Translations under genes and position numbers: made by a program | Shown: positions 11,527-23,637 of the stretch, piece after piece | Layout of the letters: the number at the start of each line of letters is the position of its first letter | Position numbering within the stretch: the first letter of the stretch is position 1 | NCBI RefSeq assembly: GCF_964188315.1 | Contig: NC_135673.1 | Coordinates: forward strand, 38,068,001 to 38,132,000 | DNA from: Podarcis muralis | Lineage: Eukaryota | DNA: 64,000 nucleotides | Reading direction: 5' to 3' | Notes under the pieces: model-generated | The model's database searches: none | The model's input: only the letters and a program-made list of their open reading frames with translations | Told to the model about the DNA's origin: nothing

Positions 11527-12050
11527 GTCCATTAGCCAATCAGCAGAGAGGGAGTGGAATTTAGGTTAGCTGTTAACAGTTCAATGGTCAAATGGGGTTT
11601 TTTGTCTGGGTGGGCAGACGGAGTCTTTGAGAATCAGAGTGGGCTCAGATAGGGAGTATCTTTCAGTGGGAAAATAGTGAAATTGGCTCTCACTTAGAAA
11701 GAGTGATTGTCTGTAAGCAGACAAGGCTAGACTATCTTTGTTGGGTTAGCTAGGCAGGGCAACCCGGTTTTGATTCCCTGAGGGGAAGTTAAATCCTAGA
11801 AGGCGCTGAGTAGCTATTGCTGATAGCCGTTCCAGCTGGGAAAAGTCTATCCAAGACTTCGCTTGATAAAGGGTGCTGTTTAAGAGTTTATCTATAAAGT
11901 GTTTGTGCCTCTGTAAAAACATTCACTGGTGCTCTAAGATCAAGACTTTTGAATTAATCCATCATCTCCCTACGTCTAGATTTACCTGTATGCTGCTTTG
12001 GTCTGACCTAATTTCCTGATTTGTTCCTTAACCAGCAGCAGTGATACACA
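11527..12050 (+). mobile_element. LTR-like host sequence (boundaries uncertain)
   Basis: CCAAT-type motifs (cagcaatcag, agccaatcag) flank the solo-LTR insertion and the composition is LTR-like. No TSD was confirmed. Confidence 0.3.
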
Positions 12051-13283
12051 TTATTTGCATTCATGGTTTGGCTGTGTGACTAATTGAGGAAATTTGTAAT
12101 CTTGCTGTCTCATATTGGCATTACATTGTATCGCTCCTTATTAAAATAGCCTGGCTCTTTTAATCTATGGCTTACAGATACTTATGTCTTTTTGCTTTCA
12201 TACTAATATTATGGTATTAAGGCTGCTTGGAGTTTTTATGGTTTTCAAGAAGGGGGCACTTCTCAGTGCAGCTTATGTTAAATTTAACAGAAAATGCAAA
12301 TATATATTATATCCACACACACCCCAGTCTTAGTTTCATAAGAGGGCACGTAAGGATAGGCAAATTTCTCTCTTTCATACCCATGCCATTTTTTAAAGCA
12401 TTTGTACCCATTATTCCAGTATACTTTCTGATTCACATGTGATTTCATTTCTTTTTTATTTTAAAGCAAATCCTCTTTAACACACACACACACACTGTTT
12501 AAATGCTTATTTTGATACTGAACTGTGTCACAATCGTGGAGATGGGAACAAACTTGGAAAATAGCAAAGTGTAGAGATGTACAGATGGGTCATTTCAACC
12601 AGGAATTTTCTATGTTCAGATTCATCAAATATCCTTACTGACAGATGGGCACAATCTACTAGGATGCAATGAACAGCATCTCTACAGGAATCTTTCATTC
12701 TGCATGATTTAGTAAGGGGTTGAGAATTATCATCAATTGCTTAAGAACCAGACATTAACTATGCTAAAAAGTACCCATTTTTACAAATGTGCCAGATAAA
12801 TAAAAAGTCATGTTTCCTATAAATGCAGATCATAGCTATTTCTCTGCATTAAGTAAATCGAACAATTTCCAGCTGTGCTTCCCTGAGACATTAGCGTGTC
12901 AAGAATGCAGCATTTTGAATTTTGCAAAATGAACTTTGTACCAATAAAATATAGCATGTAGGTATTTCAGAATATTTAGCATGTTATTCAGAAGTTGGCC
13001 CAGTATACTTTTGCATTGAAAACTGAAGTTTCTGCATCCCATAATGCCAAGCATATATAGAATCACTCCTAAGGCAAATAGTATTTAATTTGCGAAAGAA
13101 CAAGGAAGCGGGCGGAACTGTTAATTACAATTCAACCTGAAATTTACTAATCCAAAAGATTTTTGTAGCCCTTAGCATTAATATTACAATCATTGGCCTA
13201 AATGGGTGTTTTTCTTTATGTTGTTGAATATTTTTTTACTATCGTTGCTTTTATGTTGCTTCATTGTTCTTCTGTTGCATTTG

Positions 13284-13284
<1 letters not shown>

Positions 13285-13329
<45 letters not shown>
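13285..13329. repeat. (ATT)n microsatellite
   Basis: Seen directly. Confidence 0.98.
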
Positions 13330-13330
<1 letters not shown>

Positions 13331-14021
13331 GCTGCCTTCAGCACCACTTGGTAGACAAGTAATGTAGAAATGCAACCCCCCTGAATAACAATTTCTGGGG
13401 GACATGAGTGAGTGAGCGCTCTTGTCAGCAGAGGCGAGTCCATTTGGGCAGGTGGGACATGGCCCCACCAACCCCAGTTGGCCCTCAGCCTACCATCTTT
13501 GTTACAGCTAGCACAGGGTGTGGCCCTGCCTCTCAGCTCCTTCCTACTGCACCTCGTCATTGCCCTTGGAGAACTCAGCAGAGAGAAGGAACAAAACCAG
13601 AATTAGGTTGTTTTCCCCCTCCTGCTTTTCATTCATTCTGGCTGTACCTGTCATTGACTCTGGCTCAACTTACTGTTGGTCTTCCTGCCTTCTGCCCTAC
13701 CAGTCTCTATGGACACCAACCATTGCTGGTTCTTCTGGTCTTGTTTCCATAGGCATCTGCTGACCATTGTAGGAAACTGGATACTGACCTAGACAGGCCA
13801 TGGATGAGAGAAGTCATGGTTGAGAGGTTGGGACTCAAGGCCCTTGGGACTCTTCCCCAGCCACATACCCTCTCTCTAGGCCACACCTTTCACTGGGCCT
13901 CATTTGGACCTTACTTCAGTATTTAAGCTGGGCTGCAATGTGTCCTTGAACTCTCATCTCATCATGCTTTTTGTGAGTTTGGATGATGGACCTGCCTACT
14001 ACTGGTATGCAGCCCCTAGAA

Positions 14022-14159
14022 CAGCTGTTCTCAACCTGCAGGTCCCCAGATGTTGTTGGACTACAACTCCCATAATTCCTGAGCTCTGGCCTTGCTAGCT
14101 AGGGGTGATGGGAATTGTAGTCCAACAACATCTGGGGACCCACAGGCTGAGAAAGGCTG
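14022..14159. mobile_element. hAT (Charlie-like) palindromic MITE
   Basis: cagctgttctcaacctg...caggctgagaaaggctg, internally inverted (ccccagatgttgttggactacaa / ttgtagtccaacaacatctgggg). Perfect 8-bp TSD CCCTAGAA. Confidence 0.92.
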
Positions 14160-14198
14160 CCCTAGAAGGATGTATGGAAGGGAATGCAGCCCTCAGGC

Positions 14199-14522
14199 NN
14201 NNNNNNNNNNNNNNNNNNNNNNNNNNNNNNNNNNNNNNNNNNNNNNNNNNNNNNNNNNNNNNNNNNNNNNNNNNNNNNNNNNNNNNNNNNNNNNNNNNNN
14301 NNNNNNNNNNNNNNNNNNNNNNNNNNNNNNNNNNNNNNNNNNNNNNNNNNNNNNNNNNNNNNNNNNNNNNNNNNNNNNNNNNNNNNNNNNNNNNNNNNNN
14401 NNNNNNNNNNNNNNNNNNNNNNNNNNNNNNNNNNNNNNNNNNNNNNNNNNNNNNNNNNNNNNNNNNNNNNNNNNNNNNNNNNNNNNNNNNNNNNNNNNNN
14501 NNNNNNNNNNNNNNNNNNNNNN
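14199..14522. other. Assembly gap (324 N)
   Basis: Run of N seen directly. Confidence 1.
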
Positions 14523-15735
14523 TATTTAAAGCAAAATACATTGTGTCTTCTACGTTTCACCAATGTGGCAGGGAATCCTTAATTTACTAGCTTAGAGAAG
14601 GCTGGGATTGCTGGGTTTTCTTTCTTTAGGTTTTTCTGTTTGTCTCTCTTCTTATATTTTAGTTGGTTGTGAATTTTCCTCACATCCAAAACCATCCTGA
14701 TGCTACCATAAGTCAACTCCTCTGAGATTTGAAGTTTGACTGACACTATCTACTCTGACTAGTTCAGGGATCTCCCATAAGCCATTTCTGGATGGAAGCA
14801 TGTGTCACAAATGGCATGAAAGCTCAGAGAATTTGGCATATCATTTTCTTTTCGGGCTGTTATAATTATCTCGGGGATCTTTCTTTTTGCCCGGTGACTT
14901 CAATTTCCTCTGCTCGACAGACCTTATCTATCAACGGCTTAAACCATGTTTACAAATAATGCTTGTAGGTCTCTGCTTTTGATGCCAAATTATTCCATAA
15001 GCTGTTGATCTTTATTACAGATTTGCTGTGTGTTACTAAATATGATGGTAATTATACAACTGGGCTGTCTACATCTTGTAGAATTTTCTTTTATTCTGTG
15101 CTTGATGGCTTTCTTTTTGTTGGCCTCATTCAAATCAAATATGACAGTGTATTTGCTTGTTAAATTAATCTCAGTTATTCAATCATTTCAATTGGAAACA
15201 CAAGGACCATTATATATAGAAATTCCCTGCACAAGCGCAACATGGCCATTTAGCAGAGGAAAAGCTAAAATGTCACAGGTGCAGATCCGGAGAGCAAAAT
15301 CTTGGGGGAATGTGCTCAGTCAGATAGATAGAGTGTTGGGAGGCTTTCTACAAAAAAACTTGGAATCTTAGCAGCTCATGTTTTAGCTGCTCAATGGAAT
15401 TATATATAGGCTTTTGAACTGAGGTGACAGTAAGAAATAAACACTGTAAAGCTAGGACAACAGCGCCTGTAACATATCACTTTGAAACATTCCCTGTCTC
15501 TGGGTTTCATTGGCTTGGTACTTGTCAGAGGTGAAGTGGGATCTTCATGAGGTGACATGAAGTGCTTCGTGGTGCTTTGGCAATCCAGCATTGGGCGGCA
15601 GAGTACTTCTAAAGACCAGTTGCTGGCAATCACAAACAGGGAGCCTGCAGTTGCACTAAGGTCCTGTCTATGAGCTTCCCATTGGCACCTAGTTGGCCAC
15701 AGTGTAAAGGAGATGCTGAACTAGATGGGCTTTTA

Positions 15736-17540
15736 GTCATCACATAAGGTAACCAGGGCAGTTTCGGTGCCAAAAACAGACCCAAACCCTGATCGATTTT
15801 CTAGATCCATTTGAGTCTCCTGTAAGAGCACCTGGATCTGGTCAGTGGCCACCCACTCAGGAATTTTGCCCCCAAAAGGGGAGGTTGGAAACTAGCCAGT
15901 CATGTCTTAGGTTCTCAGAATCTATTGGTGGTTTCTTAAGAAGCAGTCTTATAACTGGCTCCTTCAAATACATAGGCACCACCCCCTATTGTAAAGAGGC
16001 ATTGATCACCTCCCTGGCCCAGATAGCTATCTTCTCTCTGCAAAATTTTATCAACCAAGAGGAGCAAGGGTCCAGAGTGCAGGTAGTTGCCCAAAATGAT
16101 CCAAGCACCTTGTCCACCTCCTCAAGCTGCAGCAACTAAAAATAATACAACAAAACTGGACTAGACAGTGCTCTTGACATCTCTCAAGATTCAACTGCTA
16201 TAATAACAAAATCAAAGATGCAAATAGTTTTATCCTTAAAATGCTTTGTAAAGAAGTCACAGTGAGCTATCATCAGTTCTACCACCTCTTTCAGGCCTGA
16301 CTATAAAAGACCCCACACTGCCCAGAAAAGCTCTGCTGGACAGCGCAATGAGGTTGCAATACAGGCAGCAAGGTATGCTTTCTCCAGCAGTGGAGCAAGC
16401 CGATCAGGCGCCTGAGGCGGCGCATATGCCCTGCGCCCAGGGGCAGGGCCAGTCGCCCACGGGGGCAGGGCAAGCTGGGGCAGGACGCTCCGCAGGGCCT
16501 CTGTGGAGTCTGCCTGTCTCCTCCCACTCAGCTGCACTACAGCTGGGGGGGGGAGGCAGCAAAGCGGACCGTTTGGGCACCACAGAGTCTGTGGACGATC
16601 AAGCCACTGCATCTCTCCCAGGAGAGACGCATGGCTCAGGCACGATGCAGGCCCTCCAGTGTGTGCCGCCTAGCATTTTGTCACCCCCCCCCCCTCAGTG
16701 GTGACACCCAGGGCAGCCTGCCCCCACCACACCCCCTTTCCTCCACCCCTGGCTTTCTCTGATGCCTTCACTGCTACTGCCACATTCAACAATGTGTACT
16801 CATCATTGTTCGGTTGCATTTGTCTCAGGTTTTCCTCCACTGGCCTTCAGGATGTCTTCCAGCTTGTTTCTTTGCCCTAAGCTCTGGGGTATATCAGGGA
16901 GCCAACAGACAGTGCAAAGCAGGAGAGGCCCAAGTCATCCTGATGTTGCACAGATCAGCCACGAGTGCCACTCATATCAGCCGGAAAATCACCCAGAGCC
17001 AGCTGGAAACCACTCAGATCCATCAACCATCCTAATGGGTCCACTGCCTCTGCTGAGGGGAAAAAGTGCCTAAATCTCAGCAGGAAGTGATCTGACTATA
17101 TCCCACTTTCAGATCACCTTCTTCCCACCGAATCTAAAAGACAAGATCCAGAGTGTGACCCATGATATGTGTCAGGCCGATGGCATGTTGGGACAGCCTC
17201 ATGGGAGCCATGAAGTCCTGGGCTGCCCCAGAGCCAGTCACCTTTGCATGGATGTCCGCCTGAACCAGAAACCAGAAGCCCTCAACACTGCTCCTGAGAC
17301 CAGCTCTGTCAGCTCAGGCAGGGAGACTGCTGGGCAGCAAAGCAGAATTCCTAATCTGTCCCAATTATTCAGCATCAGGAACAAACACTCTAGATCCCCA
17401 TGCAGAAAGCCTGGCAAGAGAAAGGGAGCTTCTATCGACCACAGCAACCCCCTTCTGGCCCTCAAGTCTGCTCTGATGCTGTGCTGAGTACCCAGGTGGG
17501 CAGAATTGGTGAGACCAACTCCTCTCTGCTCACTCACTCA
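15736..17540 (-). mobile_element. L2 LINE ORF2 fragment (AP endonuclease to start of RT), decayed and interrupted by a hAT MITE
   Basis: Minus-strand translation gives L2-type motifs LECLFLMLNNWDRLGILL...SLPELTELVS, SDHFLL, AELFWAVWGLL, TTCTLDPCSSWLIK, VSNLPF and SGFGSVFGTETALV, with stops and frameshifts. Confidence 0.82.
16385..16751. mobile_element. GC-rich hAT MITE inserted in L2
   Basis: TIR cagcagtggagc...ctccacccctg. Perfect 8-bp TSD GCTTTCTC (16377-16384 and 16752-16759). One end is homologous to the MITE at 22659. Confidence 0.85.
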
Positions 17541-20500
17541 GGTCTCAGCAATACGGACCATCTTCCTGTAAAGTAACCTGGTTAATGCCTGTGCTTTGAT
17601 TCCTTTTATTTCTTTGTGGGACCAGCTGTGGACACATATTCAAAACCTTTTCAAAGTTTCAAACTGTTTCTTCCAGCAAATGTTTTGAAATGTGTTAATA
17701 TTCTAGGCCAGCTATTGAGAACCATGTATTCCCACCCACCCACCCCAATGTGTGCATAATACATACGTTCAGCAACTTTCCTGCTTTCATCCCATTATTA
17801 AAGGAATTTGTTTCATTTTCTATCTCTCTTTTTTCATTATATTTGTAATTCTGATTTATATGCTTTTATTTCTTGACTTGCAGCAAATACAACTTGACTT
17901 GTAACCAGTATTCCACTGCCATAAAGACAATTTCCATACCACACCTTTTGTCTCTGTCACTCAAGATATGATGCCATTAAACATTTAAAACATCTTCAAA
18001 ATTCACCTGCATGGGAAGTCTGAATGCTATTAATGTAACGATATCAAGTCCATTGAAATGTGAGTGCTTTTCAAATTGATAACCTTGGACTTTTAAAACT
18101 TTAATACCTAGTTTTGATCAAAACAAAAACATACCACATGCAAATAGTAGATTAAAAGGGCAAAATAAAGCAAATCACCTTTGTTCTACCATAAGAAATG
18201 AAAGCTGTGTGGATATTTCAGACGCAGATATATCTGTCAGAGTTTATTTTATTGTTGTATAGGTCTTTTATATTGCAATGTGCATATATTCTGTTTACCA
18301 GGAAAAAACACCAAATCCCCGCATTCTCTGGCAAGTTTAAAAGCAATATATCTGAACTAATCTGCATTTCCCAGAATGAAACTGCAGAATACCATTTTTT
18401 GTGTACCTAGTGTATTGTGAGTTTGCTACACAAATCTAAGAGCATTAAAGGTTTTGGGATAGTACTTTTGACATCACAAGACTTGATTATTTCACCTATT
18501 ACAGTTGCAAAATGTGGATCTAATAGCAAATCTTTGTAATGAGTTGAACCAACTTAGAATTGGTCTTTTTGTTTTGCTGTTACTTTCTAATAGCAGGAAC
18601 TTGATTAGATAATAAGCAGAATGACTTGAGGGGTGGAGGCACTGAAGTTTAATAGCCAGCATCTTATACCCTGACACTGCAAGAGGAGTATGTGTTAATC
18701 TTACAGTATAACTATCATCATTACCATGCTACGAAAGCTAATGAGGATTTTTTTTTGCCACAGACTTCAAGGGTTTTTGTCTTACAGATTATTTAACTCT
18801 GGTTATGCAGCACAGGAACGAATCCTAGCTGAGTGCATAATAATTATACCATGCTTTCAGTTCCTTATGATTCTATGGGTCTTTCCTGCGTTAAAAAATA
18901 CCGTAAATCTGTAAACAAAACACACTGTTTATGGAGATACACAGTCTCAGCATCTTTTTGTGGTACAAATCCCACCATCTCTAGTCCTTGTCCATGTTGG
19001 CTGAGACTAATGAGACTTGGATTTCCACAACTTTTTTTGGGGGGGGCACAGGTTCCCCATCCCTTTATTTGTAATCCTTGATTACAAGCAGAATGGTGTA
19101 CAAGCAGAATGACATACTGAGCCATAAATACCTCAAATTCCAAACAGCCATAAATATTCACAGAGATAAAAACACGTGGTCTTCAAAAATATAGAGCAGC
19201 TTCATCCTTCAAAGTAAATTAACAACCGATGTCCTATAGATGCCTGAGGTGTGTTTGGATCCAGCACAAACAAAGTTCTGGAGGGAGGGTTATTGCCAGT
19301 TGTATGGTGGGGGAGGGGAGGCATTCCATAGAAAGGAGCCACCACAGAGAAGGCCCTTATCTTTAGACACCTGAGCAATGTGAGCACTGGTAATGGGCAA
19401 CTAATGTTTGCCAGAACTCTAGGTCTGAAGTCCTTAGGTTTGCCAGGGCCTGGCCAGGTACCAGGTGGAGGTCTTGAATCTCCAGGTGGGTGAGAGTGCA
19501 TATATTATATGATGGCACATGCATCTTGCAAACTTCAGCCTGGCAGGAGCTAGCTACAAATTATGGCACAGGCACTCTGATGTATCTGTCCTCCTTCTCA
19601 CCCCTCCCATTAACCTCCATCTCCAGGACAACACAGGAGAAACCCCCTGACATCACCAGGGGCTGCCCAAGTTATCAGCTTTGGGCCCTGAAATTACAGG
19701 GTCTGGGGTGCTCTCAACTGGCAATGCTATAACAACTCATGGTGGAAAGATTCTGTATATATGGTAAGAGGTGCACATTGATATGGACTAATACTGTAGA
19801 AGATAAATCAGGGGAGGCTTTTTGCATATGTTCAAATGCACACACCAACAGGATCTGATAGTGTAACTTGAGGGAAGGCTGTCTGCTTATACTCTGGGAC
19901 CCAAACCTCTAGGGGTTGGTAGTGTGGTTGAAAGAGGCTCCTACATCTACATAGGGGCACATATCCATATCCCAGTGATGGGAATCCGGTTGGACTACAC
20001 TCCCACCATCTCTGATTGTTGGCCGTGCTGCCTGGAGGTGATGGGACCTGGAGTCCAATCTAGAGGGTCAAAGATTCCTCTGGGATGTCACTATACTTCC
20101 ACCTATTGACTTACTTTGGCAATCCCATCCCCAAAGCAAAGAACTTCCAAGTGCATGTCTCCCCACATCAAGCATTCCATTTTGAGTAGTTATTTTGCTT
20201 GGGCACCATCAAGAAAAGTGTCAGAGACATTTGAATTTAATTTATTTACAGGTGAAAGCTTTCATTCTGAATTTAAACTAACTCCAGTATTTCAACTGCG
20301 GCATGAGATCTATGGAAACAAATGAACTGCTGGGTCAGATAGTTGCACAAATGTCTTGGAAATCAGACTGGCATAAATATAATCTTAATGAAATACTGAT
20401 TTGAATAATAAACCACAAACAAATTACATAACATCACTGTAGAACCTCTGCAGGTTTTTTAACTGCTTATTTTGTGATCAAACTGACTAAAGTCTTAATC

Positions 20501-21713
20501 TTGGGAACTATTGATAAAGTTACATTCACAAAGTAAAGAAGAAAGTAACTCTTTTGTGTCTTGGGTGAAAGCGTCTCACTAACCAACAGAGAATGTTATC
20601 CAAAGGAAAAAGCCAAACCTTTTAAGGTGGAGGAGGAATACAACTTAATTAGATTTGACTATTATGTAAACAACCATTACACTGCTCTTCAGCTGAATAG
20701 GCTCCCAGGGTATTTTTTAAATGTAATACTGAAAAGGAACGACAATGAACCAGGTAGTCCCTGCCCACATGTTTGCATTCTAAAATACACATCATGAAAG
20801 TAAATAAAGATGGGGAGAAAGAGGGAAGGTAGGGAAGCTCACAAACCAAATCTCAAAGTTGCAATGTTCTCATAATGACAGCTTGAAAGGAAACAAATAG
20901 TTCAGTGAGAAGAAGAGACGAAACTGAGCTGGTCTCTTAGCTAACACAATAAACTGGGTCCTGCAGTTCCATCTCTCCATCTGCTGCAGCTGGATGCAAT
21001 CGCCATTACATTTTTTTGTCACAACTAGGCTTTACTTTGAATAGGTTACAACAACTGGTAAAAGCTCCCGCAGTGACATGAGCATTCCAATGAAATGGCA
21101 GTAGAAACCAATGTTCTGCATGGTGGACAGAAATCTAGGAATCATCCTTATACCAGGCCAGCCTTCCTGTCTGTCCAGCCCAGTGTAGTTTGCTCCATCT
21201 TTCACCAAGCCAATGCCCACCAGAGGTTTTGAACCCATGAGCCCCAGGTGTTATGGTGAACACCAGCCTATTAGAGAAGCCAAAATATTTGGTTAATCAG
21301 TCCCACCCATGAAGACCAAGAACCTTGTCACAGGTATAGCTGGTTTCCAGGAGAAACACCTATTTTGTGGGGAGAGTGCTGTTGGTGGTGGGTCACTGCT
21401 GTTGGCAGCCCATCCCCAGTGGGGAGGCCCCAAAGTGAAGCTCTTTGGAGTGTGACATAGGGTACTCCCCAGGGCAATTGGTTGGGGATGGGCTGGCTCC
21501 TAGGCAAGAGACTGGAGCAGCCAGTTTGTGGCTGGCAGGGATGTGAGTTTACCTGGCTTTCAAGTGAGAAGTGCGGTACTTGGTGAGGTTTTCCTGTAGT
21601 GAGAGCATGAATGCAGCTCATAGGTGCATATCCAGTGTGAATGGTGGGTATTTTGCAATTTTACATTGTTTTGATTTATCTACTGCAATTTTTGGACCTT
21701 ACTTTTATATCAA

Positions 21714-22068
21714 GGGACACGGGTGGCGCTGTGGGTAAAACCTCAGCACCTAGGACTTGCCGATCGCATGGTCGGCGGTTCGAATCCCCGCGGCGGGGTG
21801 CGCTCCCGTCGTTCGGTCCCAGCGCCTGCCAACCTAGCAGTTCAAAGCACCCCCGGGTGCAAGTAGATAAATAGTGACCGCTTACCAGCGGGAAGGTAAA
21901 CGGCATTCCGTGTGCTGCGCTGGCTTGCCAGATGCAGCTTGTCATGCTGGCCACGTGACCCGGAAGTGTCTGCGGACAGCGCTGGCTCCCGGCCTATAGA
22001 GTGAGATGAGCGCACAACCCTAGAGTCTGGCAAGACTGGCCCGTACGGGCAGGGGTACCTTTACCTTT
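21714..22068 (+). mobile_element. Sauria SINE (Squam1), full length, subfamily A
   Basis: gggacacgggtggcgctgtggg head, ggttcgaatcc B box, tail gactggcccgtacgggcaggggta(ccttta)n. 18-bp TSD accttacttttatatcaa. Confidence 0.95.
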
Positions 22069-22413
22069 ACCTTACTTTTATATCAATATGCTGTTCAATG
22101 CTTTGGGAATGTTTGGGTCAAAAAGTAACATATCAATTAACATATAAATGCATAGCTGTGATGTGTTGGCAAAGTTGTTTAAATAATGCAGGCAGAGTCG
22201 GAAGAGAAAATAAACCTGGTACCACGTTACTGAGCAAACTCAACAAAAACAGTGCAAATTCTGAGGTGAAAAGAACAGAGAGGTTTTGTCTTTCTCAGGT
22301 CAAACCATATACACAGCAGGGAGACATTCAATCAAACATACAGGTAAAAACTCACTCAGAACTGTGAGTGCAGGTGCTATGGAGTCCTGAAGCAGGGATT
22401 CCTGACCTACACA

Positions 22414-22609
22414 CACTGGCGGAGGAAGAGGAGTGCAGGGGGAGCGTGCCACCCCCCAGCGTGATCCCCAGGGTGCTATCACAGCTATCCCTCCCCCCGT
22501 GCTGGGTGCCCCACCCCCACAGGTGGCGCACCCTGTCCCAGGACGCACACCAGCCCTGCTCCCGCCTGCTCTCTGCCCCTCAGTGCCAGAGCATGAAGCT
22601 CCGCCACTG
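22414..22609. mobile_element. GC-rich hAT MITE
   Basis: TIR ca(c)tggcggag...ctccgccactg. Perfect 8-bp TSD CCTACACA. Confidence 0.88.
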
Positions 22610-22658
22610 CCTACACAGCCAGTTACAGCACATGCTAATTCAGTGAAAGTCATGCCAT

Positions 22659-22812
22659 CAGTGGCGGAGGAAGGGGGCGGTGGGGGCGGTCAGCCCCAGG
22701 TGTCATCCCTGAGGGGTGTGTGATATCGCCGCGCACCCCCCCAGGACGCTCGCCATGGGCGGTGCCCCCGCAGGCAACTAGCCCTGCCCCCAGGTGCACA
22801 GCTCCACCTCTG
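22659..22812. mobile_element. GC-rich hAT MITE (same TIR family)
   Basis: cagtggcggagg...gctccacctctg. 8-bp TSD catgccat/catgccac. Confidence 0.8.
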
Positions 22813-23551
22813 CATGCCACTCTGCTTGGTTGCTAAATAACACTTCCACTCGTCCCTGTCTTGGCTAGTTGACGTTAACACTAAAAGAATTAACCCTTGA
22901 GTGACAGGCTGAATGATCCCTGCTGTTGCACTTCCAACAGAATGTACTGTATATATTGTTACTCACCACCTCCAATCTGTGCGAGATTCCAGGGAGTTCC
23001 AGGCTCACTTTACCCCAGATCTGTGTTTCCTTTTGGACAACGAGGCACAACAGAGACCGGTGTCTTTATGATCTATGGTTCATTTATACATATATACAAC
23101 CTCAGTCTGCCATGGTGGTGTTTGGGGCATCAGCATTCCATGGAGGTCCTGCTTCTCTCCTGGGCAGTTTCCCTTGCTTTCCATGTCATATCCCAGCTTA
23201 CTCCCCTCTGCACTGACTTCTTTTAAGAGGCCCTACTCCCTTTGGCCTATTCCCTCAGGCTAACACAAAGGAAATTATCCTGACTCAATTACTTTCTAAC
23301 ACATGTTAATTTCAAGGGATTAGCAAGGTGTCTACTACACAGTATAGGAAGTTAACTTAATTAGTCTTTCACACATGTTACTTGAAGTAGTGCGCAGCTG
23401 AAATACACACATGGATCTAACCTAAATGCATATGAATCTGGCTATTTCCTGGTTTAATTACTAAAAGCCTTTGTTTAAAATACCGCCTACAAACCTATAA
23501 CTATATTCTATGGGGCATGGAGAGGTTCCTTTCTCAACCACTCTCATTGTT

Positions 23552-23637
23552 GTTGTTGTTGTTTAGTCGTTTAGTCGTGTCCGACTCTTCGTGACCCCAT
23601 GGACCAGAGCACGCCAGGCACCTCTGTCCTCCACTAC
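23552..23637 (-). mobile_element. Bov-B (RTE) LINE, extreme 3' end
   Basis: Reverse complement gctctggtccatggggtcacgaagagtcggacacgactaaacgactaaac(aac)n. 11-bp TSD ctctcattgtt. Confidence 0.92.

Noticed and set aside
14092-14590. Long ORFs of 132-161 aa in the track
   Set aside because: They span the N gap, so X codons simply mask stops.
16385-16751. CpG-island promoter
   Set aside because: It is bounded by TIRs and a perfect 8-bp TSD within an L2, so it is a hAT MITE.
22299-22343. 45-nt plus-strand exon candidate
   Set aside because: The pyrimidine tract is short, with upstream AGs. It lies between young insertions and gives no recognisable peptide.
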